From Gnetum montanum (taxonomy: Eukaryota > Plantae > Gnetophyta): a DNA stretch of 64,000 nt. Position 1 is the stretch's first letter; the number at the start of each line of letters is the position of its first letter. The notes beneath the pieces are model-generated. The model had not been told where the DNA came from and did no database searches. It saw only the letters and a list, made by a program, of their open reading frames with translations. The stretch is taken from assembly GCA_015680685.1 (NCBI GenBank), contig MNCI01003070.1:737754-801753 (forward strand), written 5' to 3'. A program made the position numbers and the translations under genes. Shown here piece by piece: positions 1-13,201 of the stretch.

Positions 1-457
1 AGAGGAATGGGTATGACTAATTTCTAGTGTTAAGTGTAGTAATTTGGTAACCTAGCAGTGGCATTACTTAACTCACTCAGTAGCAATTCCACTTGGTAAT
101 CTCTATGATAGCTAGATGAGTCCAAGACATGACCAGTTAGCCAAGAACAAATACCTATTGCTCTAGGATAGAATAGACTCTCATTTCAGTGTTACTTAGA
201 TTTAGGCTTAAGTTTCATTTTCCATCATGTTCATCACTAGGAGTTATTTGAGCCTTACAACATCAATTATCATATGCCTCACTATGAGTTAAATGATACA
301 TTAAGACTTCACTAACTCAAGGAGAGAGGACAATGACCACGAACTTAACATCAACCCTTGGCATAATTACATCGTCTCATCCACAAATTATGATATGGTT
401 GCTGGCGAACACTTTTGACTTGTATGGTAGAGTGTTGGGATTGCTCACCACTCATCA
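1..457 (+). mobile_element. Athila-like LTR (subtype B), 3' portion
   Basis: Ends ...CTCACCACTCATCA at 457. Shares internal motifs (CATATGCCTCACT, TTGGTAATC) with the LTR at 14990-15844 and with the reverse complement of 38076-38965. Confidence 0.75.
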
Positions 458-731
458 CTTACCTTCTTTTAGCCTCAAGAAATTTAATTGATTTTGCAGA
501 GATGTAATCTTAGATTTATTTTTTACTTAAAAATTTTCCTCAAGCTTCTTTTACATCTTGTAACTAAAATCTTGTTCCTCTACTAGTTGCATGAACAATC
601 CAAACATGCTTAGGATATTGTTATTTTAGTTAATAAAAATTAGACTAGAAAAGTTTTGAATTTTGACTCTAACACCCTTGGAAAATTTATTTGAATTACT
701 AATCAAAGTTAAAAAAAGGAGACTTCATGAT

Positions 732-1759
732 TGGTGAGTGGCGAGGTACCCCTATGCTCAACCATATCAATATGAGCGTTTCACATATGATCTGATTGAA
801 TTCCAAGGACTAAGTGCTTATGCACCCTTATGGAACAAGGATGGGTTGGTTGATCATTGTCTTCCCAAGCTTACCTGTATGTCACGATTGTATGGTTAAG
901 TAAGCTTGAGGCATATGATTTTTATATCTTTTATGTTTTTATGTCCTGTGCTGGTAGAGAAGGAGAGAGGTAACTAAGTGACTAATTTAACTTAACTACT
1001 CATTAACTAAGTTCTAACTAATCCTAACACTAGCATTCGTTCTCACTTGTCGTACACATCCTGAACCAATGCAACATTGCTAGGATTGCCAAACACTAAT
1101 TGTTACTAGGTTACCAAGTGTTACACGCATGCTCAAAGTGGTCATGCTTGTGTAATTTAATGATTTGCGTAATTGATCAAAAAGAATTGTTGTGCTAATA
1201 ACAAAAATGTAAAGTGCATAAAATAAAATAAATGCATAAGAAAATAAAATAAAAGAAATGCGTAAGAAAACAACTCAAGTGGTGCAAGGATGAATCAAAG
1301 AACTCATCTTTATCACCGTACATAAGGTGTGCTCAGGTACACAATGCTCGAATAAAGACCCATATGCACTTAGACCTCCTACTATGGGCACTTGGAAAAT
1401 ACTCCAACTTTCAGACAAACTACAAGAGTTTCACTACTTGACTGCTAAAAGACTTCCTCCCAATTGTGTGCCTAGGCACTGGATTTATACACTTGGGAGC
1501 AACTACTCTAATAATTAGAGTAACCACTCTAATAATTAGAATAATTGCTAAAGTTACCGCTAGAGTAACCAATCTAATAATTAGAATAATTGCTAAAGTT
1601 ACCACTAGAGTAACCACTCTAATAATTAGAATAACTGCTAGGTAACCACTAGAGTAACCACTCTAATAATTAGAGTAACTGCTAGAATAACCACTAGAGT
1701 AACTGCTCTAATAATTAGAATAACTGCTAGAGTAACCGCTAGAGTAACTGCTCTCATCA
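732..1759 (-). mobile_element. Solo LTR, Athila-like subtype A, 5-bp TSD ATGAT
   Basis: Starts TGGTGAGTGGCGAGGTACCCCT (compare TGATGAGCGATGAGGTACC at 28348) and ends TCATCA at 1759. ATGAT flanks both sides (727-731 and 1760-1764). Body is colinear with 28348-29000. Confidence 0.9.
1497..1753. repeat. Tandem array of ~45-bp units built from CTCTAATAATTAGA and TAGAGTAACC subunits, inside the solo LTR
   Basis: About 5-6 imperfect copies of CTCTAATAATTAGAATAA(T/C)TGCTA(A/G)AGT(T/A)ACC(A/G)CTAGAGTAACCA are visible. Confidence 0.9.
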
Positions 1760-3965
1760 ATGATTAGCATAAAAAACAATGTAGTTTTTTAAAATGCATT
1801 TATGAACAAAATGAATAATATTTATTGAGATGTTAATCTCTTGAAGAAAAGTAAAATATAAAGATAAATGATGGTTTGAAAGATTTCCCTGATAATCTTT
1901 ACTCTAGACCTATCAAAAAGGCCTTGAATATTCAATGATAACACTAATATTGAGAAGTCAGGGAAAAGGCCCCTATCCTTGATTTTTCAACCTCAATATT
2001 TATCTCATAATCTATATAACTATGGTGTAGGAACACCTACCATTCTAAAGTCATAATTTTCGTAATATGTTCATGGTGGAAGTGGTAAAAGATGAGCAAC
2101 ATGTATTATTAGAATATTATGAAATAGATTTCTTCAAAATAAAATGACAAATCTCTAATCAGTCTTTGTGTGAGCTATTCAAATTACTCGTGTTACTTAT
2201 AGGGAATTATATAGAAGACATTTCTAAGTTAAATGAATATTGGACACATCTATTGTACTCATGATTTATTGCTAGATCCTTTAGGTCTACACAAATGTAG
2301 TAAAAATATTAGTATTAATATTAGTATTTTTTACTTGTTTCCAATTCTTAAGTAGGCCCCACACATAGCTACCATTGTAGGTTATTACTTGAGCTCAACA
2401 AACAAGTGTCATCATTATTTGTTATATGATTTTTTTTATTTTGAATTATTTATGTATTTACATAGGTCCTACACACAAGTATCGTTCATAGGCATATATC
2501 ATTTATTCAACTTTGTGAGCTTTTATCTTTGACATAAATCTTTTCAAATTCTTTGATAGAGGTTGAAACAACATAAGCCTTATCATTATGTGTTCCTAAC
2601 ATGAAGTAATTTTGATCATCATAGTCACACCATGGATTTTTTTTTTTTTCTAACATAGAGCTTCTTAAGCATTATGGTAGAGGTCATTACAACATAAGTC
2701 TTGGTATCATGTGTGTGTGGCATGAGCTAAATCTCATTATTGGTTTAGACAACAAGAAGCACATTAGAATTTAACATTAATACCAAGAGCACCTATCTAG
2801 GATAAAGAGGAAGAAGGATAGGGGATTCAACATTCCTCACCCTCTCAACCACCATGCATGTTAGGTATGTAGCATGTTTTGTTAGTTAATATGGCTCATT
2901 GTTTTTTGCCAAGTGATGCATTCATGTAATATTAACATATAGGAATGAAAACAATTGAATTCTTAATCTTTCATTTATGTAACACTTCACTATGATTTCA
3001 TTTAGGTTGGTTGAATAGTAAATATGTCATTTATTGCATTTTAGAGTACAAGATAATATATTATTTTATATGTCTGTATTATGGGCCAACTATTATATGA
3101 TGGATAGCATGGGTAATACAACCACTATCCTAAATGACAACATGAAATATGTAATGGAATGCCAATCCCTCAACATTAGATACTTTAATTAAAACACTAC
3201 TTGATAAGTGTTAGGTAGCCCCTATGGTTAATTGGTTGAAGCTCATGGGGTCATTACCCCTATAGAAGGGCCATTAGTACCCCAATTTAAGATCGACAAG
3301 CAAACCTTGTGCTTAATTACTTGAGGATAATGGGTTGGCCCTAGTTTAACAGTGATAGGTAAGCTTGTGCTTAATTGGTTGAGGCTAATTGGTTAGCTCC
3401 ACTCCAAAAAGGGCAAAGGATGTTCGTAACCTAGTTTTAATAATTGAATTCTCTTGAAATTCATTTTGGGTTCTTTTGCATCATGGTTGAATAGTTTGTG
3501 GTTTTAATATTTGAACTATGGTGTTATTTTATTCCAAACTCATGTAACTCTGTTCCGCCGCTGCACTTGGTAGTTCAGATTTTGATACGAAACTAACGTT
3601 GCACCTCAAGTTCAAAAAAAATAAGTTGGTTGACATCAACTTTAGCGGGTGACATGGGACCGTGGCATTCCATCTTGCAAATACAACTGTAATACCAAGT
3701 AACACTGATGTGACGATTACACTGTCTTGGCTTACACGCTCCCGTGCTCTCTCGAGAATTTGATGGTACTTGCAATTTGTGTATGTTGAGGTCAAAGGTT
3801 CATGAATCAAAATAAAAAACACTTGCAAATTGTTCAGTTGGTATGTGACAGAAATCCAATCATGTATCTGTGAAAACTGAAAAGTCATGCAAAACCAAAC
3901 AAACAGTAAAAGTTGAGTGTACGACATTCTTGTAACCAAACACACTCCCTCCACTAGGCTAATAC

Positions 3966-4055
3966 TACTATGCTAATTGTTATGAGTGATCATGTATAAT
4001 CAATAATCCCTACTATGCTAATTATTATGAGTAATCATGTATAATCAATAATCCC
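3966..4055. repeat. 45-bp direct tandem duplication
   Basis: TACTATGCTAATT(G/A)TTATGAGT(G/A)ATCATGTATAATCAATAATCCC occurs twice with 2 mismatches. Confidence 0.9.
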
Positions 4056-4782
4056 TTGTGACTTTGAGGAAGTTAACCAAGTTAATTAGTTTTATATAAT
4101 ATGTTATTGAATTTTATTATCTTTAGTAAAACTGAAACTGAATTTTGAGTTATTGGTCTTTCTATGAACTAAGGACACTATAGTAGACTTTCCAAGGATC
4201 TTTTATACTTTTTAAACATGATTGTTAATAGTTGTTGCGTATCAAAATCACATTATCTGATTAGATAGTATTAGAGAATAGAGAACTTTGGTTTATCTTC
4301 TCGATTATCCATTATGAATGTTACCAAAACTCTCTCTTGAACTCCCTACTTGAATCTTTTGGACAATGCTACTCCAAAACTTCTCTTTTGAACATACTCT
4401 TCACAGTGCTATGCACTAGAGATTTGCGAATCCCATTCGGAACAGAAGCATGTAATATTCTCTTTGGAAACTTTTCATTTAATTTAAATTAAAAATAATG
4501 TTTAATAGTAGTAAAATGTGAAAAATAAATAAATAAATAATTGATTTAAATATTTTATTATTTTGTAATTCACATCCCCACCTGCAAACCTGTCCCAGGC
4601 TTTGCATATGCTTGTGTACCCAAACACAAATTATGAATTGAATCACAAATCCTCAATTCCTGGCTTCCAAAAATTGGATTCGTTTGATACATAGCTTTAG
4701 TGGAATACATTTTCACAATAGATAGTATGTCGTAGAAACTTCCCATCAAATAGCTCTCTCTCTCTCACCGGTACTCTAAAAC

Positions 4783-4910
4783 TACCAGAATATTTCATAA
4801 TCATGCACTGTTTTATTAACCAAAAGAACATATCAAAATCCTCAGTTACCAGAGTATTTCATAATCATGCACTGTTTTATTAACCAAAAGAACATATCAA
4901 AATCCTCAGT
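4783..4910. repeat. 64-bp direct tandem duplication in the probable GulLO 3' UTR
   Basis: 4783-4846 and 4847-4910 differ at one base. Confidence 0.9.
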
Positions 4911-4999
4911 AAAATGACATCAGTAAGAACGTGCGTGGCCAAGGTAAAATTAAAAATTCCCATCAGAAAAAAAAAATGTCCCGAGAGGGACAGTTACGG

Positions 5000-6103
5000 T
5001 CAACCCTTACGGCAAACACGGGCGCCGGCATAGACGCGGCCCGGGCGACAGAAGTATCCCTCAGAAGGAGCGCAGTGAGAATCCTGCGAGCACTTGCAGA
5101 GCTTCTCCAGAGCACAACCGTCACGGATCTCCTGCACTTGCTTGGGGCCGAGGCCCAGAAGTTTCTCGCTCCAGTCGTTCAGGAAAAGGCCGTTAGGATC
5201 AAACCGGTGACGCACGCCCAGGAACTTTGCAAGACTCACAGTGGCACGCTGGGCCTGGCCGTCCATATAGTATCCGCCGGACTTGCCCCAGTGCAGATGA
5301 GCACCGTACTTCTCATGGAGCATCTGCTCGATCTCCGTGAACACGTCCATGTTCCAGGTCGGCGTCCCGGGGGTGTCCGGCCGGTATGAGCTCATCTCGA
5401 AGGTAACCATGTCCTCGGGCGGACCCAGGTACGCCTCCGACTTTTTCACAGTCCGCATGACGATGCCGGAGCCCTCGAAGGAGCAGAACGCCGCTGGGTT
5501 CCGCTCTCGGATGGCCTTCACGTCGCGCATGGCGTCCGCGGCCACTCGCAGCGGCACCCGGAACTCGAAATCCCAGCTCTGCCGAGCCCCGGCGCGTCGG
5601 TCCCACGGGCAGACGGACTGGTTCGGGTCCGTGATATCGCGCTCCCCGCACGATGTCTGCGTCTCCTCGACGTTGTACTTCTCGCATCCGCCGGCGTTGA
5701 TCATCTTGTGGTTGAAGCCGACAACGGGGTAGCCCGTGAAGTTGGTGACCGTGTTCAGGAAACCGCTGCCGCTGGTGAAGCGCTTTATCATGGAGGCGCT
5801 CGAGGCGGTGCAGAGACTGACCAAGTCCTCCGATTTCTGGAGCTCCTCGGCTTTGTCGGAGGAGGCCGCCACCTTCGCCGCCGTGGTCGGCTGGTATGAG
5901 GATTCGTTGATTCCGTCTCCGGAGGCCGTGGCAGGCGCCCGGTCGATCCGGCCCATGAGAGCGCGGCCCTGCGAGGCGTACCAGTATATGTTGGCGAAGG
6001 CCGTGGAGTTCAGGAACTGCACCAGACGGTTCTCCAGGCCGACGTCGTTGTCCAGCGACAGCGTCACCGAGCGCTTGAATATCGGCTCCACCGCAAACGT
6101 TAC
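5000..6103 (-). CDS. GULLO: L-gulonolactone oxidase-like (ALO-family FAD oxidase), exon 2
   Basis: Acceptor TGTAG|GTA at 6104/6103. Reads VTFAVEP...YPVVGFN...CPWDRR...FCSFEGSGIVMR...EIEQM..HWGK...FDPNGLF...GCALEKLCKCSQDSHCAPSEGYFCRPGRVY, the typical plant GulLO C-terminus. Confidence 0.93.
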   Translation of the reverse strand, partial: VTFAVEPIFKRSVTLSLDNDVGLENRLVQFLNSTAFANIYWYASQGRALMGRIDRAPATASGDGINESSYQPTTAAKVAASSDKAEELQKSEDLVSLCTASSASMIKRFTSGSGFLNTVTNFTGYPVVGFNHKMINAGGCEKYNVEETQTSCGERDITDPNQSVCPWDRRAGARQSWDFEFRVPLRVAADAMRDVKAIRERNPAAFCSFEGSGIVMRTVKKSEAYLGPPEDMVTFEMSSYRPDTPGTPTWNMDVFTEIEQMLHEKYGAHLHWGKSGGYYMDGQAQRATVSLAKFLGVRHRFDPNGLFLNDWSEKLLGLGPKQVQEIRDGCALEKLCKCSQDSHCAPSEGYFCRPGRVYAGARVCRKG

Positions 6104-6890
6104 CTACAGAGCACACGCACAACCCTTTTTAGCTTACTGGTAGCGGTCTCTGACCGCCAGATTCTGTAATTACTTCACAAGATAAAGGATGTCAATCAGC
6201 GGTCTGTTTTGTAAAACCACGAAAAGAAAATTCTGCTGCAAGTAAAACTATTCAGAAGATCTGAGAAAAAAGTCACAAACCATACCCAAAAAAAGAATTT
6301 GATAAACGAAAATAAAGATATCAGCATAAAAACAAAAGTGAAAGTGAAAAAGATTAAGAAATGGAAAAAGGAAATTGTTAACTTTAATAGTAAAAGAAAT
6401 GGAAAGAAGAGATATCGAAAAAAGAGAGAAACGAAAAATGGTTAACTTTAATAGTAAAAGTCTTGCTCTAAAAATTCCTCGAAGGTCAACTTCAAAATAA
6501 CAGGAAAAAGAAAAAGAATTGCAGAAATTGGTTTTAAAAACAAAATCATAGAAATAAAATAACAGGAAAAACAGAAATCCAGAAAATAGCTTTAAGAACG
6601 AAACCAGGGAAAATGGTGAACTTGGAATTGAAAAGGAAAAACAAAGAAAACAGCCAAGAGAAAAAAGTCCCAAAAGCGAATGGCGAACTTGGAGTTTTGA
6701 AGGAAAAACCAAACGAATAAAGAAAAACTACCTAAATTCTCTCTCTTTCTGGGTAATGGTAATACTCTTACCATTGAATGAAGCGTACGAGACAAAACAA
6801 CCACATTTTTATAAACGCTGCACCGCCAGCAGTGGCAGCGTTTGATTATTGAAAGGAGATGAACCTTCAAAAACTTTCGGCGGTGCGTAC

Positions 6891-7544
6891 CTGTGAGATG
6901 GCGCCGAGGACGCCGAGAGACAATGCGGCGGCCTTGAGATCGGGGTCGTTGCGCCCGAGGCTGACGACTTTGGCGTAGCCCTCGTCGCGGGACGCCGGCA
7001 CAACGATGCGGATTCCGACGACGTAGTCGTGAATGTTGGAGCCGGTGCCGTGGAGACCGCTGCCGTGAGCGCCGGTGCTGATGGCGCCGGCGGCCGAGAC
7101 GCCCTCCCACGACGTGGACGTGGGGAAGGCCATTCCCTTGGCGCCCACGGCGTCCTGGAGCTGCCGCATGTTGACGCCGGCTTCCACGGTCACGGTTCGG
7201 GCGGCCACGTCCACGGAAAGCGTCTGCACCAGATTCTGCGTCGATATGAGCATGCCCGTGCCATCTCCGCCCGGACACATGAGCGGAGGCCGGCTGTGGC
7301 CGAGCGGACTTATAACCTTAATCTTCTGGTTTGTCCGCACGGCGGTCGCCACGGCCATGAGCAGCTCCGCCTCGTTCTTGGGATACCAGAAGGCGGCGAC
7401 GCTGCAGACGGAGCGGTCCTCCCACATTCCCTGGCTGTTGAAAACTTGGCATTTGCTGGTTCCGCATGGCACCAGCGGCGCTCCGACGTCGCAGGCGTGC
7501 ACCGCCGCGGCCACTAAAACGCTCAGCCCTGCCAATGCCCACAT
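6891..7544 (-). CDS. GULLO: L-gulonolactone oxidase-like, exon 1 (signal peptide and FAD-binding domain); spliced product about 585 aa
   Basis: Hydrophobic N-terminus, then YPKNEAEL, GHS, VTVEAGV, GAISTGAHGS, SLGVLGAISQ. Donor CAG|GTACGC at 6891/6890 opens a phase-0, 787-bp intron (6104-6890) at the ISQ|VT position typical of plant GulLO genes. Confidence 0.93.
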
Positions 7545-7654
7545 GCCTGAAACAGTGAATCTGGCTCTCCCTGTTTGTTGTGAGTTTTGGAAGATCCTGC
7601 TGCCAAATCAACTGTTTTTGCTGTGAGTTTGAGGATCCTGCGGAGGAAATGTGT

Positions 7655-7894
7655 GTGGTTTATGTAGACACGATATCGCCAACCGCCCCAGCCACGGTCC
7701 CTCTTTTTCTTTACGCAAATCACGGCTCGTTTGCCGCGTCTCGCCTTCATTTACAGCGTCTTTATGCGAAGCGAGTGAATTGATTAGGCGACTGTAATAT
7801 GATTATCTGGATCATGTTCCAGGTACTTAGGCTTTGTACGAAAAATACAGCGATGACGCTGTCGGGAAAGAAATCATCTTTTAACAGTCACGTG
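7655..7894 (-). promoter_or_regulatory. Putative GulLO proximal promoter (TACATAAA TATA-like box near 7660; G-box CACGTG at 7889-7894)
   Basis: Motif match and position upstream of the ATG only. Confidence 0.35.
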
Positions 7895-8118
7895 CCTACA
7901 TGTCTGCACTTGCCTGGGAAATAGATGGAGTCATCGTTATCCCATGATCCTCGTTCAACGCTCGTCCAACGCGTTTATCGACTTCAATAGGTAAACCAAC
8001 ACAAACATCATTTCAACATGAGAAGGATCGGTTTGATGCTTTTTTTATTAAGACAAAGGAGGTGGTGATAAAAATCCGATTCCGCAATACAAAACGACGC
8101 AGGTGACAGATAAGGACC

Positions 8119-9476
8119 ATGCTCATTTCGCTCCATTAGGGCCCTTATTCAAATGAATCAGTCCGTCAAGGAGGGTAACAGGGCACCACCCTAAACGGCT
8201 TCCAAGGTTTTTGATCTGGATCTGGCCCCAGATCTGGTTCTCGTGTCGGTTTTGGGACATCTGCCGCTGCTGCTGGCTGCGTGCAGAATTGCGCCCGCGC
8301 CCCTACAAACCAGCAACACGCGTTTTTTGGCGCGCAGGGCAACGCGCGCCCGCATGCAACATCGGCGGCCCTCAGTCCGGCAGCTTCAACTTCGGCCAAA
8401 ACAGCAACGTTGATTTTCAGCAAGCAACACCATAGAAATTGCGGATAATCACTCAGATCTGCAAACGAATCGGATCGGATTAGGGCTCCTGATGATTTGT
8501 TTGAATCTATCACCCACGACATTTCTAGCAGGTATGTCTTTGTGCAAATTTTAGGCTACCTACCTCGCTCTTCTAGCTTTTTGCATCATGTCAACTCTGT
8601 TTGGAAAGATCGTGGTTTGATAGCTTCACATGTTCGACATTTATCTAATTCTTTTTTATTTGTTGAATTTATTAACTCAGAGATGATCTCTGAAGCTCTT
8701 AGCATTAGTGTCTTTCACCATCGTCATGCTTTATTGATTATTCGCAAGTGGACTCCTTCTCTCAACCCAACTTCTCCTGAATTTCGAAAAGTCCCTTGTT
8801 TTGTAGAGTTACCAAATCTCCCATTAATTTTCGAATGAGTTGAAAGGGATATTGTGTCTCGCCTTGGATTAATCAAACACACTGAATCCTTAGGTACACC
8901 TAGTGGCCTTCGTAGGACTCGATATATGATTGAAGTGGACTTAGACTCTCTTAAACGAGAACTTATTTTGCGTGCTATATGCAAAAGGTAGTCTATTACA
9001 ACCTTCTCAACTCTTGTCACTACTGCCACCAAGAGGGTCATATGTTTGTCTCATGCCCCTTTATGTTACGAAAGAAGGCAACGCAAGCACGATCACAACA
9101 ATCCTCTCCCACTGATCCTAAGGTTTCCTCTTCTAGCAACAAGGCTCTTCCCACATCTAGGTCTCAAAGTAAGGTTACCAAAAAGCCACCTCCTCATGCT
9201 TCTTCACTAGCCCAGGGAAAACACCCATACGTTTTTACGGCTTTTAACAACCTTCCTATTGATGATGAAGGATTTCAAACAGTTCCCCCCAGTAGGAAAC
9301 GTCAGGGTATGCCTTTTACCAACAACGTTACACTTCAGTCCAACCAATCCACTCAAACTCTCTTACTCACCCACAATCCCTTTACTGCCATTGATCACAA
9401 CCAGGAAATGATTTCTTTAGACATTGTTAACTCTGTAACTAGGGCGGGGGCCTCCTCCCCCTTCTCTGGATGTTAG
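8119..9476 (+). pseudogene. LINE ORF1 (DUF4283-like region and CCHC zinc knuckle), disrupted
   Basis: IIRKWTP..VPCFVELPNLPL, then CHYCHQEGHMFVSC. Several in-frame stops and a frameshift near 8980. Confidence 0.8.
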
Positions 9477-12400
9477 TCTATTCTTAGAATGTTTGGGAGC
9501 TCTCCAATCACCTCCGAACACGAGTGGTTGGTGCTTTTATTCGCTCTCGACCTTTGCTTCCTGACTTCCTTCTCCTGCAAGAGGTTAAAATTTCTACTCT
9601 GGACACAATTATTGCAGGCAATAGCATCCTACCTGACTCTATTGTCTTTTCCACAAATCATATTACTGGTCAAGGTGGTGCAGCCCTTATTATCAATAAA
9701 TCCTAGTCTAACAAAATTCTCTCTCATGGTAGTCACACCTCTTTTGTTTGGGCTACTCTTCAAGGCGCTTCTGGTCCTTTCGGCATTTGTAATATTTATG
9801 CTCCCACTACTCCTACCACTAGGGCCAGTGTTTGGCAGTCTCTCCTTCACAGTCTGCCTAACATTCCTTGGCTCTTTGGAGGTGATTTTAATATGATCGA
9901 ACATCCTTATGATAAAGTTGGTGGAGCCTCTTCTCAACTTACCAGCCTCGAGCTTTCTAGTTGGAGTGATGTTAAGGAGCACTTTTGTCTCTCTGATGCT
10001 GCCAGCTCTAACGTGAATCGTGAAGGTTGGTTTACTTGGTCCAACCTTAGGATTGGTGCTGATTGCATTTGTGAGCGACTTGATCGATTTTATTTCTCTA
10101 GTTATTCCTCATGGTTTTGTGATGGTCATGTTAAGGTCCACCTTGATGCTACCCTCTCAGACCACTTTCCAATTTCTCTCACTTTGACCTTTGGTTCTAA
10201 ATCTTTAGCTCAACATCGCCAACTTTTTCGCATGAATGCCTCTTTATTTCTTACTCCTTCTGGTAAAGGTCTTTTGACATCTCTTTGGAATGCAGAGAGA
10301 AGGCCATTAGGCAATTTAGGTTGGATTGACTGGTGGTTGCGTGCCACTTCTCGTATTCACAACTTTGCTCGCTGGTTGGGCAAGCAATATGCTAAGAAAC
10401 GTAGGTCTATTGAGGCGAATGTTAGTTCTGAATTGCAACAACTTAACTCTGCACTTCAACATGACCCTTTTAATGTTGCTCTTCAACAACGGCTAACTTA
10501 TGTTCGCTCAGTTAAACAAAAATGGGATATGTACTCTGCTAGAAGTGCTCTCATCAAGAGTCGTCTCAACTGGTTAAAAATTGAGGGAGAACCCTGTAAA
10601 GAGTTCTTCAAATTTTTAAAGGGTAGAGGTACTTTCCCTACTATAGAACGTTTGGAAGTGAATGGCCAACTTACCTCTGATCCTCATGTTATAAATGGTT
10701 TTCTTGAACAACATTTTCAATGCCTCTTTGTCTCCAATGGGTTTGATCAGGATGAGTTTGCTACTAACTCAGATCACCTACCTAGTATTGTCCATAGCAG
10801 TCACAATCATCTTCTCGCTCAAGATATCTCTCTTTCTGAAATCAAGGCTGCTGTGTTTAGCCTGGCCAATGATAAAGCCCCTGGTTTTGATGGCATCCCC
10901 ATTGAGTTTTTTAAGAATCATTGGGATATTGTGGGTTCAGACCTCTCTTATGTTTTTGCAGAAGCCATAAATCAACAGTCTCTCGGTCCTGAGTTAAATA
11001 GAGGTGTCATCCGTCTTATTCCTAAAACAGGTGATCCTTCATTGATTGGTAACTGGCGTCCTATCACTCTCCTTAACTCTGTTTACAAGATTTTGGCTAA
11101 ATGTCTTGCTAATAGACTGAAGCTAATTATCCCTCAGATCATTACCCCAATGCAAACAGGCTTTGTTAAGGGTAGGTATATTCTTGATAATGTTGTTGCG
11201 GCTTGGGAAGGTATGCAATGGGCCGAGGACTCCAATCAAAACATTGCTTTTCTTAAGCTTGATTATGCTAAAGCGTATGACAAAATTGAGTGGAAATTTG
11301 TTATTGCTTGCCTTCATAAATATGGTTTTCACATTAATTTTATTAAAATGGTGGAGACTCTTTTTGCCGACGCCAATGCCCTTGTGGCTACTAACGCTGG
11401 CTTAACTAATTGCTTCAAGCTTGAGCGCTCTGTTAGGCAAGGTTGTCCTCTTGCTCCTTACCTCTTCATTCTTGCTGCGGACTTTTTGTGTCATGCTATT
11501 CATAAGGATAATGAACAAAAATTGCTTCAAGGTATTTTCATTGATCATAATGTTCCTTCCTTATTGAATATGCATTTTGCTGATGACTCATTCTTTATGA
11601 TAAAAAATGATGCTCTTATTGTTGATCGTCTTTTTTATCGCATAGATCAATATTGTAGACTCCCTGGCTCTCAAATTAATTGGTTCAAATCTTCTATCTT
11701 TTGCAACAAAGAGGTTCAAGCCTGGGCGGTGTCTAAGTCTTGGAAATATTTAGGAAAGGATCAAGTTTTTAAGCTTCTTGGCATTCCCTTTTCTTTTGGC
11801 GGATCATCCAAAACATTATGGGATGTCACTGTGAAGAAACTTGAACAAAAGCTTATTAAGTGGAAGGAAAAGAAGCTATCTATGGCTGGTAAATTTATTG
11901 TCTGCAAGGATATTCTCCAAGCTACCCATGTGTATTACTCTTCTTGTTGGGCTCCTAGCATCTCTGCTTATCGTCGCATTGATCAACTAGTCAACCACTT
12001 TCTTTGGAACAGCAGCCATACTATGAAAGGATTTTGTCGGGTTGCTTGGAACGTCTGTACTTCTCATAAAGAGGATGGCGGTTTGGGCCTCATTAATTGC
12101 TACCAACAGGGCATTGTGTTATGTGCCAAATGGATGGCCAAATGCTTATCTGGCTCTAAACCTTGGAAGCTTCTTTTCCTTAAACGCATACAGCTTGGAA
12201 AGCCCAAAGGTAGCAATTATTGGAATAATACTCATTTCCTTAACTGGATTCTTTTTCCCACTGGTATTACCATTTCTGGTTCTGTTGTCATCAAACACAT
12301 TTGGAAGGCATGGTGTTATATCAGTCAGTTTTGGAACTTTAACACTATCACTATCTCTTCCTCTACACTTGATAAGCTTTCTCCTTGGTGGATTCCCATC

Positions 12401-13201
12401 CACAATGAACCTTGGGCCATTAAGCATCCTCATCTTTGTAGCACTTGGGATAAGCTTGGCCTCTCCTCCCTCTCCTCTCTTCGCATTCATAATCGTTGGA
12501 TTACTTGGAGTGAATGTCACCTTATTTACGATATTAATGCTACTCAAAAGTCTACCTTTTGTACGATTTTGGATAGCTTGAACAAAAGTGTTGTTATTCA
12601 AGACTCCCTTGGTGGTTTTTTAGATCTTTCTTGGACTTATGGTCATCAAGTTTTTCCCTATCATTCTAAGATTGTTTACTCTCTTATTAATTCCACTACT
12701 AATATTTGGCCTAGATTCAACCATCTTTGGCAAGTTAATCTTAATGTGCAGGTTTGGAAACAACGTATTCAGACTATTTGGACTACTCCTACTTCTTCAA
12801 AGATTCAACATTTTCTGTGGTATCTGATTCACCAAGGTCTTCCTAAGGGTGTTCGGCGCTCTCATCTGGGGGTTCTTGACCCGCGATGTCCTATTTGTCA
12901 TAGGGAAGATGCATTTACTCACTGTTTTTTTTCTTGTCCCCTTGCTCATAGCTCTTGGATTTGGTGTGGCAGGTTTTTACAGGGTTTTCGACCAAGCTTG
13001 GATGAGGTTCTTTTTGGGGACACTCCGCATCTTCAAGGCTTTTTGATTTATATCTGGTGTTGCCTTCGTCCCCTTATTCTCCATGCTATCTGGAAATTTC
13101 GTTGTAATGTGGTTTTTCAACATGATTCTCCTACTAATATTCTCTCCTTGTCTATTCAAGGAGACATTGTTCAACAGCTAATGCTGCAGTTGAGCTCTTG
13201 A
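9470..13201 (+). pseudogene. LINE ORF2 (APE endonuclease, reverse transcriptase, C-terminal Cys/His zinc motif) with two premature TAG stops
   Basis: One frame from ATG 9470: MLVYS*NV.., LQEVK, NIYAP, GGDFN, RLDRF, SDHFP, KAPGFDG, WRPITLLN, KLDYAKAYD, RQGCPLAP, FADDS, CPIC...HCFFSC. TAG at 9485 and 9704, both where Trp is expected. Confidence 0.92.

Noticed and set aside
1497-1753. CRISPR-like array (also considered for 50657-50945)
   Set aside because: Eukaryotic TE context, no cas genes, degenerate repeats, and no unique spacers of regular length.
3529-3954. 141-aa minus-strand ORF
   Set aside because: Non-ATG start, no recognisable motif and no supporting exon structure.
4931-7626. Many long overlapping alternative-frame and antisense ORFs over GulLO
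   Set aside because: Expected shadow ORFs of GC-rich coding sequence, with no independent motifs.
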